Shown here piece after piece: positions 53,230-64,000 of a stretch of DNA of 64,000 bases. This DNA comes from Hemiscyllium ocellatum (taxonomy: Eukaryota): positions 10,599,883 to 10,663,882 of the forward strand of contig NC_083450.1 of the NCBI RefSeq assembly GCF_020745735.1, read 5' to 3'. Position numbers and translations under genes: made by a program. The notes beneath the pieces were generated by a model. It was not told the origin of the DNA, did no database searches, and worked only from the letters and a program-made list of their open reading frames with translations. How positions within the stretch are numbered: position 1 is the stretch's first letter; every line of letters begins with the position of its first letter.

Positions 53230-53790
53230 CTTCTTGCCGAAGGTGGCAGCTAACAATCCTTTGAATATGGGGGCTGCTGGTGTGGAAACAGAGGAAACTC
53301 TTTGTGGTGGTGTGGATGGCGTAAGGGTGGAAGCACAGGAAATGGGTTGGCTATGGCTCAGGGCACTCTCAAACATGGAATCCTCAGTTGAGGGAAAGGA
53401 TAAAATTTTTTGAGACTCCCTTTCAAAAAGTAGCATTGACAGAACAGATATTTCGGAGATGGAAGATATGGGACATTGCAATATTTAACAATGTAGGAAG
53501 TAATGTATGCGGCTATGTAGCCAAGGCAACTCTGGGATTTGGTTGGTTTGTAATGAATATCAGTGGCCTCCTTACCTCCAGAAATGGAAACAAGTGTGGT
53601 CTCAGAGACATATTAGGTGCATATGCATAAAGGATAGAAATTGGAAGCAATATTTATATATCTTCTTCAAATTCTGTACGACAGAGGAAAGCAGTAGTAA
53701 TAATGTCATCGATGTGCTACAGAAAGAGCTTTTGGGAGTATTCTGAGTAAGACATAGGTCATCAAGTATTCGAGCTAACTCACAAAGCAA
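53230..53790 (-). mobile_element. Decayed Penelope-like fragment
   Basis: Reverse complement resembles the RT C-terminal region seen at 38570-38750. Confidence 0.55.
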
Positions 53791-54018
53791 CAAACAAACT
53801 GATGTCCATGCAGATATTTATATACACATGTTTGTGCTTAACAAATGAGAGGAAATAAAGGTGAAGTTATTCAAATGAACAGTTCTCTTTGTGAAGAATC
53901 AGAGAGCTCTCAGACCATCTTCCAACCACTCTCTGATTGAAAGGAAATCCGGAAACCCACCTCTCATGCCCAATATTTTAAAAATCATGCATCATCACGT
54001 AAGGGGAAAAGCTGCTTA

Positions 54019-54343
54019 GTGGGCGGCATGGTGGCACAGTGGTTAGCACTGCTGCCTCACAGCGCCTGTAGACCCGGGTTCAATTCCCGACTCAGGCGAC
54101 TGACTGTGTGGAGTTTGCACGTTCTCCCTGTGTCTGCGTGGGTTTCCTCCGGTTGCTCCGGTTTCCTCCCACAGTCCCAAAGATGTGCGGGTCAGGTGAA
54201 TTGGCCAAGCTAAATTGCCCGTAGTGTTAGGTAAGGGGTAAATGTAGGGGTATGGGTGGGTTGCGCTTCGGCGGGTCGGTGTGGACTTGTTGGGCCGAAG
54301 GGCCTGTTTCCACACTGTAAGTCTAATCTAATCTAATCTAATC
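54019..54343 (+). mobile_element. Full-length HE1/V-SINE-type SINE
   Basis: A box 54032-54042, B box 54077-54087, core, and (ctaat)n tail. Confidence 0.95.
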
Positions 54344-54868
54344 CTGTCCATATCCCTGGTATTCTTTGGCAAATCAGTCGGGTTTTCTTGCTGATTTCTC
54401 TGCTTCAAAGAAAGCAATAAAAGCCTATCCAGACTTTTTTCATAGCTAAGTTGCTCTAATGCAGACTACGTCCTGATGAATGAAGTCTCCATTCCCTCCA
54501 GGTCAAATATATCCTCATTACGCTTACATTTCGAGAAAGTTGATGTACAGCTGCACTATTGCGAGTGCTCCTGACGAGGTACAGTGAACAGTTTCAGAGG
54601 GTGGGTTATGTGAGAAGAATAATTTAAAATAGGAAATTATTCTAATTGTAAGGGAGGCAAATGAAATTTCATGTTGGGTCCTGTACTGATCAGAACCAAG
54701 TGGATCCTATTTATTACAACACACTTGATTCGATCTGTTAACCCCAACCAATTAGGAAGGCCAGCTGACCAATATAGAGAAGCAATTATAAAGGTTAAAA
54801 AAAAAGAAAAAAAAAGAGAATAAAAACAGGAATGCTAGAGTTTCTGCCCACTCGAAAAAAATACAAAG

Positions 54869-57800
54869 CAATTCAGGTTCAGGTAGCTGGCAGTGAAGGG
54901 GGTCATTATGACCGATTGCCTGCCCTGCTTCGGTGGGTGCGTTCGAGTCTGGGTGTCTCTGCAGAAGTGGCACACGTTGCCCACCAACACCCTAGAACTA
55001 TTCAGGGAGAGGTGGGCTCCCCAGGGAGTGGAGTGCATTATTTCCCCCTCCAAATCTATTTTGATTTAATCCCTGCCCTCCACTTCACTGTTTGATCACG
55101 CAGCATTGTCCTTTGATGTGAAGGGGACTGCTTTTCACAGGCCACTTGTGTGTTTCCTTTCTTTCTGGTGGTGGAAATTGAAAATGGATTCGTGCATCTT
55201 GTGTCTTCCACTGTGTCTCACACCTGCACTCACACAACATGGGTGCTCTGGAAAGGGGTAAAAAAGGAAAGAAAATGAATAGGATTGTGAAGTAAACAAA
55301 AAAAAATAAGCAATTCAGCTCCACGCAACGGGAAATGAAGAGGATCATTATGGCTAATTGCCTGCCCCACTTCGGTGGGTGCGTTCGAGTCCGGGTGTCT
55401 CTACAGAAGGGGCCCACGATGCCCACCAACACCCTTGAGCTGTTCAGGGAGAGATGGGTGCCCCAGGGAGTGGAGTGCATTATTTCCCCCTCCAAATCTA
55501 TTTTAATTTATTCCATGCCCTCCCCTTCACTGTTTAATCACGCAGCATTGCCCTTTAATGTGAAGGGCACTGCTTGTTACTGGCCAGTTGGGTGTTTCGA
55601 TTAAATATTTGTACACTTTGTGTCTTTATTGTGTCTCACACCTGCATACATACACAACATGGGTGCTGGGGAAAAATAAGCACTACCCCAATTATACAAT
55701 AATGTGGAGGTAATTAAATGAAAACAATAAACAGCGTCAGACTGCACACAGACATTAAAAATAGAAAAAGGAAGAGGTTGAACAAGGAAAAAAAAGGATG
55801 GTGAAATAAACAAAAAAAGACAAGCAACTCAGGTCCAGGCAACGGGCAGTGTAGAGGGTCATTATGCCCACTCGTCTGCCCCGCTTAAGTGGGTACGTTC
55901 GGGGCTGGGTGTCTCTGCAGAAGGGGCACACTGTGCCCACCAGCACCCTTGAGCTGTTCAGGAAGAGGTGGGAACCACAGGGAGTGGAGTGCATTACTTC
56001 CCCCTCCAAATCTATTTTGATGTAACGCCTGTCCTGCCTTTTACTGCTTGATGACGCAGCATTGCCTTTTGATGTGAAGGGCTCTGCTTGTCACTGGCCA
56101 CACGTGTGCTTCCTTTCTTCCTGGTGCTGGAAACCGAATAAAGATTCGTGCATCTTTGTCTTTCACTGTGTCTCACACCTGCACGCACACAACATGGGTG
56201 CTGCCGAAAAAAAATAATAAGCACGACCGCAATTGTTGGGGTAATAAGAAAAATAGACGAGCAATTCCGGTCCAGGCAGCGGGCAGTGAAGAAGGTCTTC
56301 AGAGCTGATTTCCTGCCCCGCTTCGGTGGGTGCGTTCGAGCCCGAGTGTCTCTGCAGGATAGGCACACGTTGCCCACCAACACCAGTGAGCTGTTCAGGG
56401 AGAGATGGGCACTGTAGGAAATGGAGTGCATTACTTCACCCTCCAACTCTGTTTTGATTTAATGCCGGCCCCCCCTTCACTGTTTGAATCCACAGCATTG
56501 CCCTTTGCTGTGAAGGGCACTGCTTGTCACTGGCCATTCGCGTTTTGGTTTCTTTCTGGTGGTTAGAATTGACTAAAGATTTCTACACCTTGTATCTTTC
56601 ACTGTGTCTCACACCTGAACACACACAACATGGGTGCTGGTGGAGAAAAAAAGAAAACAAAAAGCAAAAAATAAACAGGAGACTCAACATGGACGCTGGG
56701 GAAAATATAAGAAAACAAAAGTGTCAGACCTTCTGTTCACTCTAAGAAAAAAAAAGGTTGGCAATTCAGATCCAGGCAGCGGGCGGTAAGGAGGGTCATT
56801 ATGATTTCCTGTGCCACTTCAGTTGGCACGTTCGAGCCTGAGTGTCTCTGGAGAAGGGGCACGCAGTGTCAATCAACAATCTTGTGCTGTTCAGGTAGAG
56901 GAAGGCACCGCTGGGAGTGGAGTGTATTATTCCCCCGTCCAAGTCTATTTTGATTTATTCCCTGCCCTCCCCTTCACTGTTTGATCACGCAGCATTGCAG
57001 TCTAAGAAGGGCAGTACTCGTCACAGGCCACTCGAGTGTTTCCTTTCTTCCTGGTGTTAGAAACTGAGTAAAGATTCGTGTACCTTGTGTCTTTCACTGC
57101 GTCGCTGGGGCAAGTTAAATAAGCACTACCATAGTTAGGTGGTGGGGGGTGGGCGGGTGGAAGAAAAAAGAAATTTTAAGAAAGACAATCAATTCTGGTC
57201 CAAGAAGTGAAGAGGAACATTATGGATGATTTCCTGCAGCACTTCGGTGGTTATTTCAGAGCCCAGGTGTCCCTACAGAAGGAGTATGTGGTGTCTACCA
57301 ACTCCTTTTAGCCGTTCGTGGTGAGGTGGGCACAGCAGGGAGTGGAGTATTTTATTTCCCGCTCCAAATCTATTTTAATTTAATCCCTGCCCTCCCTTTC
57401 AATTTTTGGTCATGCACACTGCCTTTTGCTGTGTAGTGCATTTTTTTGTCATTAGCCAATAGGGTGTTTCCTTACTTCCTAGTGGTGGAAATTAAATATA
57501 GATCTGTACACCTGTTATCTTCCATTTTATCTCACACCTGCACACAACCATCATGGGCACGGGTGGGGGGCGGGGGTGTTGATAAGCACTACCGCTTTTA
57601 GGTGGTAGTGTGGGAGTAAAAATAAGAAAAAAAAAGAAAAATATAACCGGGAGATTTACAATCTCCTCAGTTTAGATAACTGACTCCACAGAAAGAAAAA
57701 TAAATATCAGGCGCTTTAGAATCGTGCAGTATTGCCCTTTGATGAGAAGGGAATTGCTTGCCTTGGCCATGCGGGTGTTTCTTATCTTCCTGGTGGTGGA

Positions 57801-58800
57801 ATATAAATAAACTTTTAAATACTTGTTGTTTTCAATATGTCCTTCATCTGCACATGCACGACATGTCTGCTGGGAAGAAATAAGCACTACTGCTGTTAGG
57901 CAGTGGTGTGGAGAAAAAATAGACAGGCAATTCATATCCCAGCAACGGGCCTTGAAATGGGTCGTTACGGCCGATTGCCTGCTACTCTTCCATGGTTCTG
58001 TCAGATCCCAAGTGTCACTGAAGAAGGAGCACGCAGTATCGATCACCTCCCTCGAGCTGTTCATAGAGAAGCGTGCACCACAGGGAGTGGAGTGCTTTAT
58101 TTCTCCTCCATCTCTATTTTGATTTAATCCCTACCCTCCCCTTCGCATTTCTGATCACGCAGCATTGCCCTTTGGTGAGAGGGCATTGTTTGTCACTTTC
58201 TTCCTCGTGGTGGAAATTGGATAAAGATTTGTATATCTGTTGCCTTTCACTGTTCTAACACCTGCACACACACAACTTGGGTGCTGGGGAAAATATAAGC
58301 ACTACTGCTGTTCGGTGGTAGGGTGTGGCAAATGGAAAAGAATATATAAATAAAGGACAGGCAATTCAAGTCGAAACAGTGGGCCACGAGGGGGTCGTTT
58401 TGGCCGATTGCCTGCCCTTCTTCAGTGGTTATGTCAGAACCCGGGTGTCCCTTGAGAAGGAGCACATGGTATCTACCAACTCCTTCGATCTGTTCAAGTA
58501 CAGGTGATCACCACAGTGTAGTATTTTATTTCTCACTTCAACTCTATTTTGAATTAATCCCTGCCCGCCCCTTCACTATTTTTTTGATCATGCAACATTG
58601 CCTTTTGATAAGAAGAGCTTTGCTTGTCACTGGCCACTCTGGTGTTTCCTTTCTTCCTGGTTGTGTAAACTGAATAACAGCTTGTGCATCTTTTGTCTTT
58701 CACTGTGTCTCACACCTGGACACACAACATGGGTGTTGGGAACATATAAGCACTACTGCAGTTGGGCGGTAGCATGGGAGGAAGAAAAAAAATATAACCA
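54869..58800 (+). repeat. Head-to-tail array of Tx1-LINE 3'-end units (about 430-510 bp), starting at 54869, 55311, 55825, 56262, 56762, 57190, 57928 and 58362, plus a partial unit at about 57720
   Basis: Each unit encodes the Tx1 ORF2 C-terminus (RSRQRA..CLP.F.G.VRARVSL..LELFRERW.PQGVECIISPS), then the 3' UTR, a stem-loop and an A-rich tail. Confidence 0.9.
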
Positions 58801-61800
58801 GGAGATTTAAAGTCTTTTAAAAAAAACCAGGATATCAATAATCACGTCAGTTTAGGGGACTGATTATGTGCTGGCTGGTCCACAGTCGGTGTTACCGTTG
58901 CTTTTGGTTTCTGCTTGTTTCTGAGGAGGAGTGTTTTATTTTTCTTTCCCCTTTTTGTAAGGAACACGTTTGCTCTTTTGTTTTCTTTTTTGTTTTGAGT
59001 TGTGTTTGTTTTTTTTCCATTTTGGAGCTGCACTCAGATTAACAAGCGATTACTGCCAACAGTGCTGCTGCTGCAGCCGGTGCCTGCTCCCACTGCTGCC
59101 ACCTGGGTCCTGCCTGCACTGCTGGTGCCTGGGATCCACCTATACCTGGGTGTGTTGCTGCTACTGCCAGAGGCACACCTACAACTGGGCCTGTTGCTGC
59201 CACTGACTGGTCCCACCTACAACTGGGCCTTTTGCTGGTCCTGCCTGGGCCTGTTGCTGCTACCTGGCCCCAACCATACCTGGAGCCTGCCTCCATTGCT
59301 GCTGCCTAGGGCCTGCCTACATCATTGATGTCTGGGACTTGTCTTATCCAACCACCCCAGGTCCTAAGACCACCGCTGCTGCCTGACGCCGTCTTTGCCA
59401 CTACAGCGTAGGGTGTACCTTTAACGCTACTGCCTGGGACTTGCATTGATTCCCTCCCACGGAGCTAAGAACACCACGGTTGCCTAGGTGCTGCCTCCAA
59501 CACTGCTGCCTAGGACTCGCCTGATCCCGAGCCAGACTAAAACATCACTGCTACCCCAGGCACCTGACTTAATGCCTGAGGTCAAGGCTACCAGAACCTG
59601 AACATGACCACCGAGGCTTACAGTAAGGTCATGCTAGTGTGGTCGGGCCACTAGTCATTGTCGCTGCAGCCTCAATGTACAGAAAGGCATTATTTTTCCT
59701 GAAGGCTGAGCAGGCAGTTCACCTAGCCATGGAGAAGGGGTTCACTGTGAGTGGGACATACCTATCTGTCGACCCTTTGGAGGTCATGGCCCAGAGGATC
59801 ATGATCTCCAACGTCCCACACTTTATTGCCAATGAGTTCCTTCTCCCCATCTTCAAACAATGGAGGAAATCCGGTCAGGTGTCCAACCGTTCTTGGTCGG
59901 TCTGAAGGACCCCGCCCAATGACACATATCCTCCTTCTGACGCTAGGTATTCACTTGACTGGCCTGGGAGGAGGTCACAATTGCTCATTTACCCTCGTCC
60001 TCCTACTGCGTCTTCTAGAATATGGACAGCTTGCAGTGCCACTTGTGCCACGAGATGGGATACATCAGAAAGAACTGCCCAACATAGGAAGCTGCCCAGC
60101 CAAGTGCGCAAGCGCCTCTGTGCAGCAACAGCATCACAACGGCGCGGGAAACGTGATCCCCTACACTTCCGATCCTGTGCTTGTACCATGCCACGTTATC
60201 CTCCCCTCACCGGAATATCTTATCCCTTAACTCAGTCTCTGAATCTCACCTCGTGGTATCAATTCCGGGGGAACTATGCCCCCAACTCCATGACTGACAC
60301 ATGTCCCATGGTGAGAACTCCTGTGGAACCTGTACATGTTATACAACCCCACAACACCTGGTCACTGAGCTCTGCTCCAATCAGCTGGAATCTGGGTTGG
60401 ACCTTGGGGACTCAGCTGCTGTTGTTGCTGACTCTCTGGATGCTGGGTAGGAAGTGGTCCTCTTCCCCGCCCCCACCACCTGATATTGCAAGTGTAGGAC
60501 AGGAATTGACACTACAGGCTCCTCCTGCTTTCTTCCAGCCAATAGTGTTCCCGGAGACCCTGGAGGCGGAGTGTCGGGTCCAATGACCACCAAGGTGACC
60601 AGGGACGGGAGGGCCCATAAAGTACCCCCCGTCTCCCTGGGGAAGAGGAGCCACTCCCTGGAGGGGATGCAGAGGGCAGAGCCTTGGCGGCGAGGCTGAC
60701 CAGGGTCGGGGACATGTTGGGTGGCGGGTGTCCAAATTGGATGCTGCCACAGGACATAACAAGCAGGACAGCAGTAGTTGTCCACTGCCATTCGTGTCCA
60801 CTGCCATTCGACGCTGTAGAATGGTGGTGCTCAAACCCGACATAATGCACCAGTTGGAGGATGTTCAGGTGTGCAGTGGAATCCCGTCCGCGTTTTACCT
60901 CGGCCTGGTTGCGTTATCACATTGGCCCCAAGGTCACAGATATCCCGCGGTAGCCTGTGCCCCACACAACCTGACCTGACTCTGGAATTTTACTTTTGTC
61001 TCCTTCAGGGACATATCACGGTGGGCCTTGTACAAATGCTGCTGCACAACAACCACCTCTTTTCTCTCATCCACTACACGGAGACGCCTTGGCATACCCA
61101 TTTGCCACCAGGCAGTGAGGATCCCCAGTGGACGTCTCTCTATGTTGGAGTCCTCCCCCCCTTTCTCTTCGTGATCTGGGTGGAGGATGGTGCACGCAGC
61201 AGTCCCCTGCAACCACAGATTGTAGTGGGTCATGGACTCTCAACCTAACGGCTTGTTCTATGGTGCTGTGGAGACCATGCACCACATATATATGGGGTAC
61301 AGGCATTCTGATTCCCTTTTCAGTTTTCTGGAGAACCTTCTCCTCTGTTGGTGACTGCACTTTTGACCCACGCTCCTGATCTTTGAGCACCTGGTGATGG
61401 GTCACACGATCTCCTAGTGGATCTGCTCCTGGGTCTGGCCAAACTGTCCATAAACAGGTGCAGGCAGTGAGCCGTGGAGGGGTCGTTATGGCCAATTGCT
61501 TTACTCTCATCTGCAGTTATGTAAGAGCCCGGGTGCCCTGGAGAAGGAGCATGTGGTGTATACCAACCGCCTCGAGCTGTTCAGGAGAGGTGGATACCAC
61601 AGGGAGTGCAGTTTTAATTTTCTCTTCCATCTCTATTTAGAATTAATCTCGGCCCTCCCCTTCACCTTTGTTTTCAATCACGCAGCATTGGTCTTTGATG
61701 AGAAGGGTATTGCTTGTCATTGACCATTCAGGTGTTTCCTTTCTTCATGGTGGTAGAAGATACCTGTTGTTCTTCACTACATCTACACACACACATAACA

Positions 61801-61900
61801 TATGTCATGGGAAAAATAAGCACTACCGCAGTTAGTCGGTAATGTGGGGTTAAGAATAACAAAGAAAACAAAAGAAGAAAAGAAACAAAAATCACCATGC
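58800..61900 (+). mobile_element. Long, internally deleted Tx1-clade LINE
   Basis: GC-rich repetitive 5' region, ORF1 (FFLKAEQAVHLAMEKG..ISNVPHF; CHLCHEMGYIRKNC knuckle at about 60040-60078), and ORF2 C-terminus (PQWTSLYVGVLP..LLLGLAKLSINR). No APE or RT core is visible. Confidence 0.85.
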
Positions 61901-62039
61901 GATTTTGAAAAAAAGAATAACAATACCACGAAAGGGACTAGAAAGTTAAAAATCACATAACACCAGGTTATAGTCCAACAGGTTTAATTGGAAGCACACT
62001 AGCTTTCGGAGCGACGCTCCTTCATCAGGTGATTGTGTT

Positions 62040-62340
62040 TCTTCTCCCCAAGGAGAGGTGGGTAGTGCAGGGAGTGGAGAAGGAGCATGCATTGTCTACC
62101 AAGAGCCTTGAGCTTTTCAGGGAGAGGTGCGAACCGTAGTGAGTGGAGTGTTATATTTTCCCGACCAACTTCATTTTGACTTAATCTACCACCACAAAGA
62201 AAGGAAACATCAGAGCGGACACTGATAAACAATGCCCTGTCCCTTCACTTTTTTCATCACGCCACATTGCCCTTTGATTGGAAGGACATTGTTTATTGCT
62301 GGCCAATCTGGTGTTTCCTTTCTTCGTGGTGGTGTTATTT
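62040..62340 (+). repeat. Further partial Tx1 3'-end unit, preceded by a Penelope-associated fragment (about 61944-62036)
   Basis: gagaaggagcatgcattgtctacc..gagtggagtgttatatttt..attgccctttgat homology to the array units. Confidence 0.75.
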
Positions 62341-62849
62341 TGTTTGCTCCATGCAATAAGCTTTAGAGGACTTGACTGACTGTGAGATTTCTTAACAAGC
62401 AGCCAAATTAAAGATAACGTCTGTTAAATTACACACAAGATATATTGCTAACTTATTCAAACTAATGAGTGGATCTATTAGCTCAAACTACTTTAGGCAT
62501 ATTGTGCATGTCTAACAATGAGTCTCCCTGCCTTTCTCACGTTGGGGGCACAGTTTTACAACGACTTGTCGAGAGAACTATGGTTTCTTGTCGCTGTTCA
62601 TAAAGTGAGTCCAAATTGGAGCCCAACCAGTGCTGCAGACTCCCTGGTAATAATTTTATTCTGAGATCACTCACTTTTACTTCTCCAGATATTCTGTTAT
62701 GCAGAAAATAATCGCCCAGGTGGCTATCTCACTTTGTTCCCAACTGCCAAAATAACAGCCTTGAATTAAACCAGTTTTCCCCAGTGGTCTTCAATTGCTC
62801 GTTGTATTGTTCCATTAACCCTTAAAAATTAATGTTTATGATCTGCTTT

Positions 62850-64000
62850 CAGGATATCATTGCGTTGTCAAACAAGATTGATGTAGTCAGATGTTGACCA
62901 CATGATATTCAACAAAGCATTCAACAGGTTCCACATATTAGTCTGGTTGGTAAGGTTAGATTACGCAGAATCCGGTTAAGCTAGCCAATTATCTACAACG
63001 TTTGCTTGAAGGCAGTCGACAGAGGTTGCTGATCGAGAGCTGCTTTTCAGGCTAAAGGTCTGATATGAGTGCTGTGCCAAAGGAATGATGTTGGCTTCCC
63101 TTTTTCTCGTCATTGAAATAAATGATTTTGATTTGAATGGAGGAGATATGGTTAGTGAGTTTGCATATTGCACCATAACAGTTGGTGCAGTGGATAATGA
63201 AGAAGATTCCATCATTAAGGATGAGGTTTCTAAATTTTTAGAAGAGCAGAGTCTGATTAGAACAAGTCAACATGGATTTAGTAAGGGGAGGTCATGCCTG
63301 ACAAACCTGTTGGAATACTTTGAAGAGGTGACAAGTAAGTTAAACCAGGGAAACCCAGTGGAAGTGGTCGATCTAGACTTCCAAAAGGCCTTTGATAAGG
63401 TGCCAAACGGGAGGCTGCTGAGCAAGGTGAGGGACCATGGTGTTTGAGGTGAGCTACTGGTATGGATTGAGGATTGGCTGTCTGACAGAAGGCAGAGAGT
63501 TGGGATAAAAGGTTCTTTTTTGGAATGGCAGCCGGTGACGAGTGGTGACCCGCAGTGTTCAGTGTTGGGGCCACAGCTGTTCGCATTATATATGAATGAT
63601 CTGGATGACCGGACTGGGGGCATTCTAGAGAAGTTTGCAGATGATACGAAGTCAGGTGGACAGGCAGGTAGTACTGAGGAAGTGGGGAGGCTACAGAAGC
63701 TTCTAGACAGTTTGGGAGAGTGATCCAGGAAATGGCTGATGGAATTCAATGTGAGCAAATGCGAGGTCTTGCACTTTGGCAAAAAGAATAAAAGCATCGA
63801 CTACCTTCTAAACGGTGAGAAAATTCGTAAAGCCAAAATACAAAGGGATCTGGGAGTGCTAGTCGAGGATTCTCTAAAGGTAAACATGCAGGTCGAATCC
63901 GTGATTAAGAAAGCGAATGCAATATTTTCACTTATTTCAAGAGGGTTGGGATACAAAAGCACCGTTGTGCTACTGAGACTTTATAAAGCTCTGGTTAGGC
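62850..64000 (+). mobile_element. CR1 ORF2 RT fragments; the portion from about 63200 is a younger copy running off the window
   Basis: QHGFSKGRSCLTNLLEYFEEVT..DFQKAFDKVP..GPQLFALYMNDLD..KFADDTK. Confidence 0.93.

Noticed and set aside
54835-56446. Repeated minus-strand ORFs MEGE(I/V)MHSTP.. resembling a small gene family
   Set aside because: They are the antisense reading of the Tx1 ORF2 C-terminus.
54869-58800. Repeat-spacer appearance reminiscent of CRISPR
   Set aside because: Units are over 400 bp, LINE-derived and eukaryotic, with no short repeats, unique spacers or cas genes.
59002-59328. Leu/Pro/Ala-rich overlapping ORFs
   Set aside because: Low-complexity GC-rich repeats of the Tx1 5' region.

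Overview
AT-rich, repeat-dense vertebrate DNA. The HE1-type SINEs, CR1 LINEs and Penelope-derived repeats point to a shark (inference), and there is one assembly gap at 14488-14619. Most ORF-track entries are decayed-transposon noise. Three things stand out. (1) A spliced minus-strand gene at about 44248-50754 encodes a 299-aa type I membrane protein: leader, germline-joined V-J Ig domain (FGNG, no RSS), C1 domain, uncharged TM and a cytoplasmic TLYAHL ITIM/ITSM-like motif. It looks like a non-rearranging antigen-receptor-like (VJ-C1) inhibitory receptor. (2) A defective 8.5-kb epsilon-like endogenous retrovirus at 15155-23646 (minus) has both LTRs, an ATCT target-site duplication and a tRNA-Trp-like PBS, and it splits a CR1 LINE. 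(3) A head-to-tail array of about 10 Tx1-LINE 3' ends at 54869-62340 mostly start at the same nucleotide, show a sequence gradient, and surround an internally deleted long Tx1 copy. Exon structures were read by eye from splice signals and phase compatibility, with no transcript evidence. Repeat boundaries are approximate.
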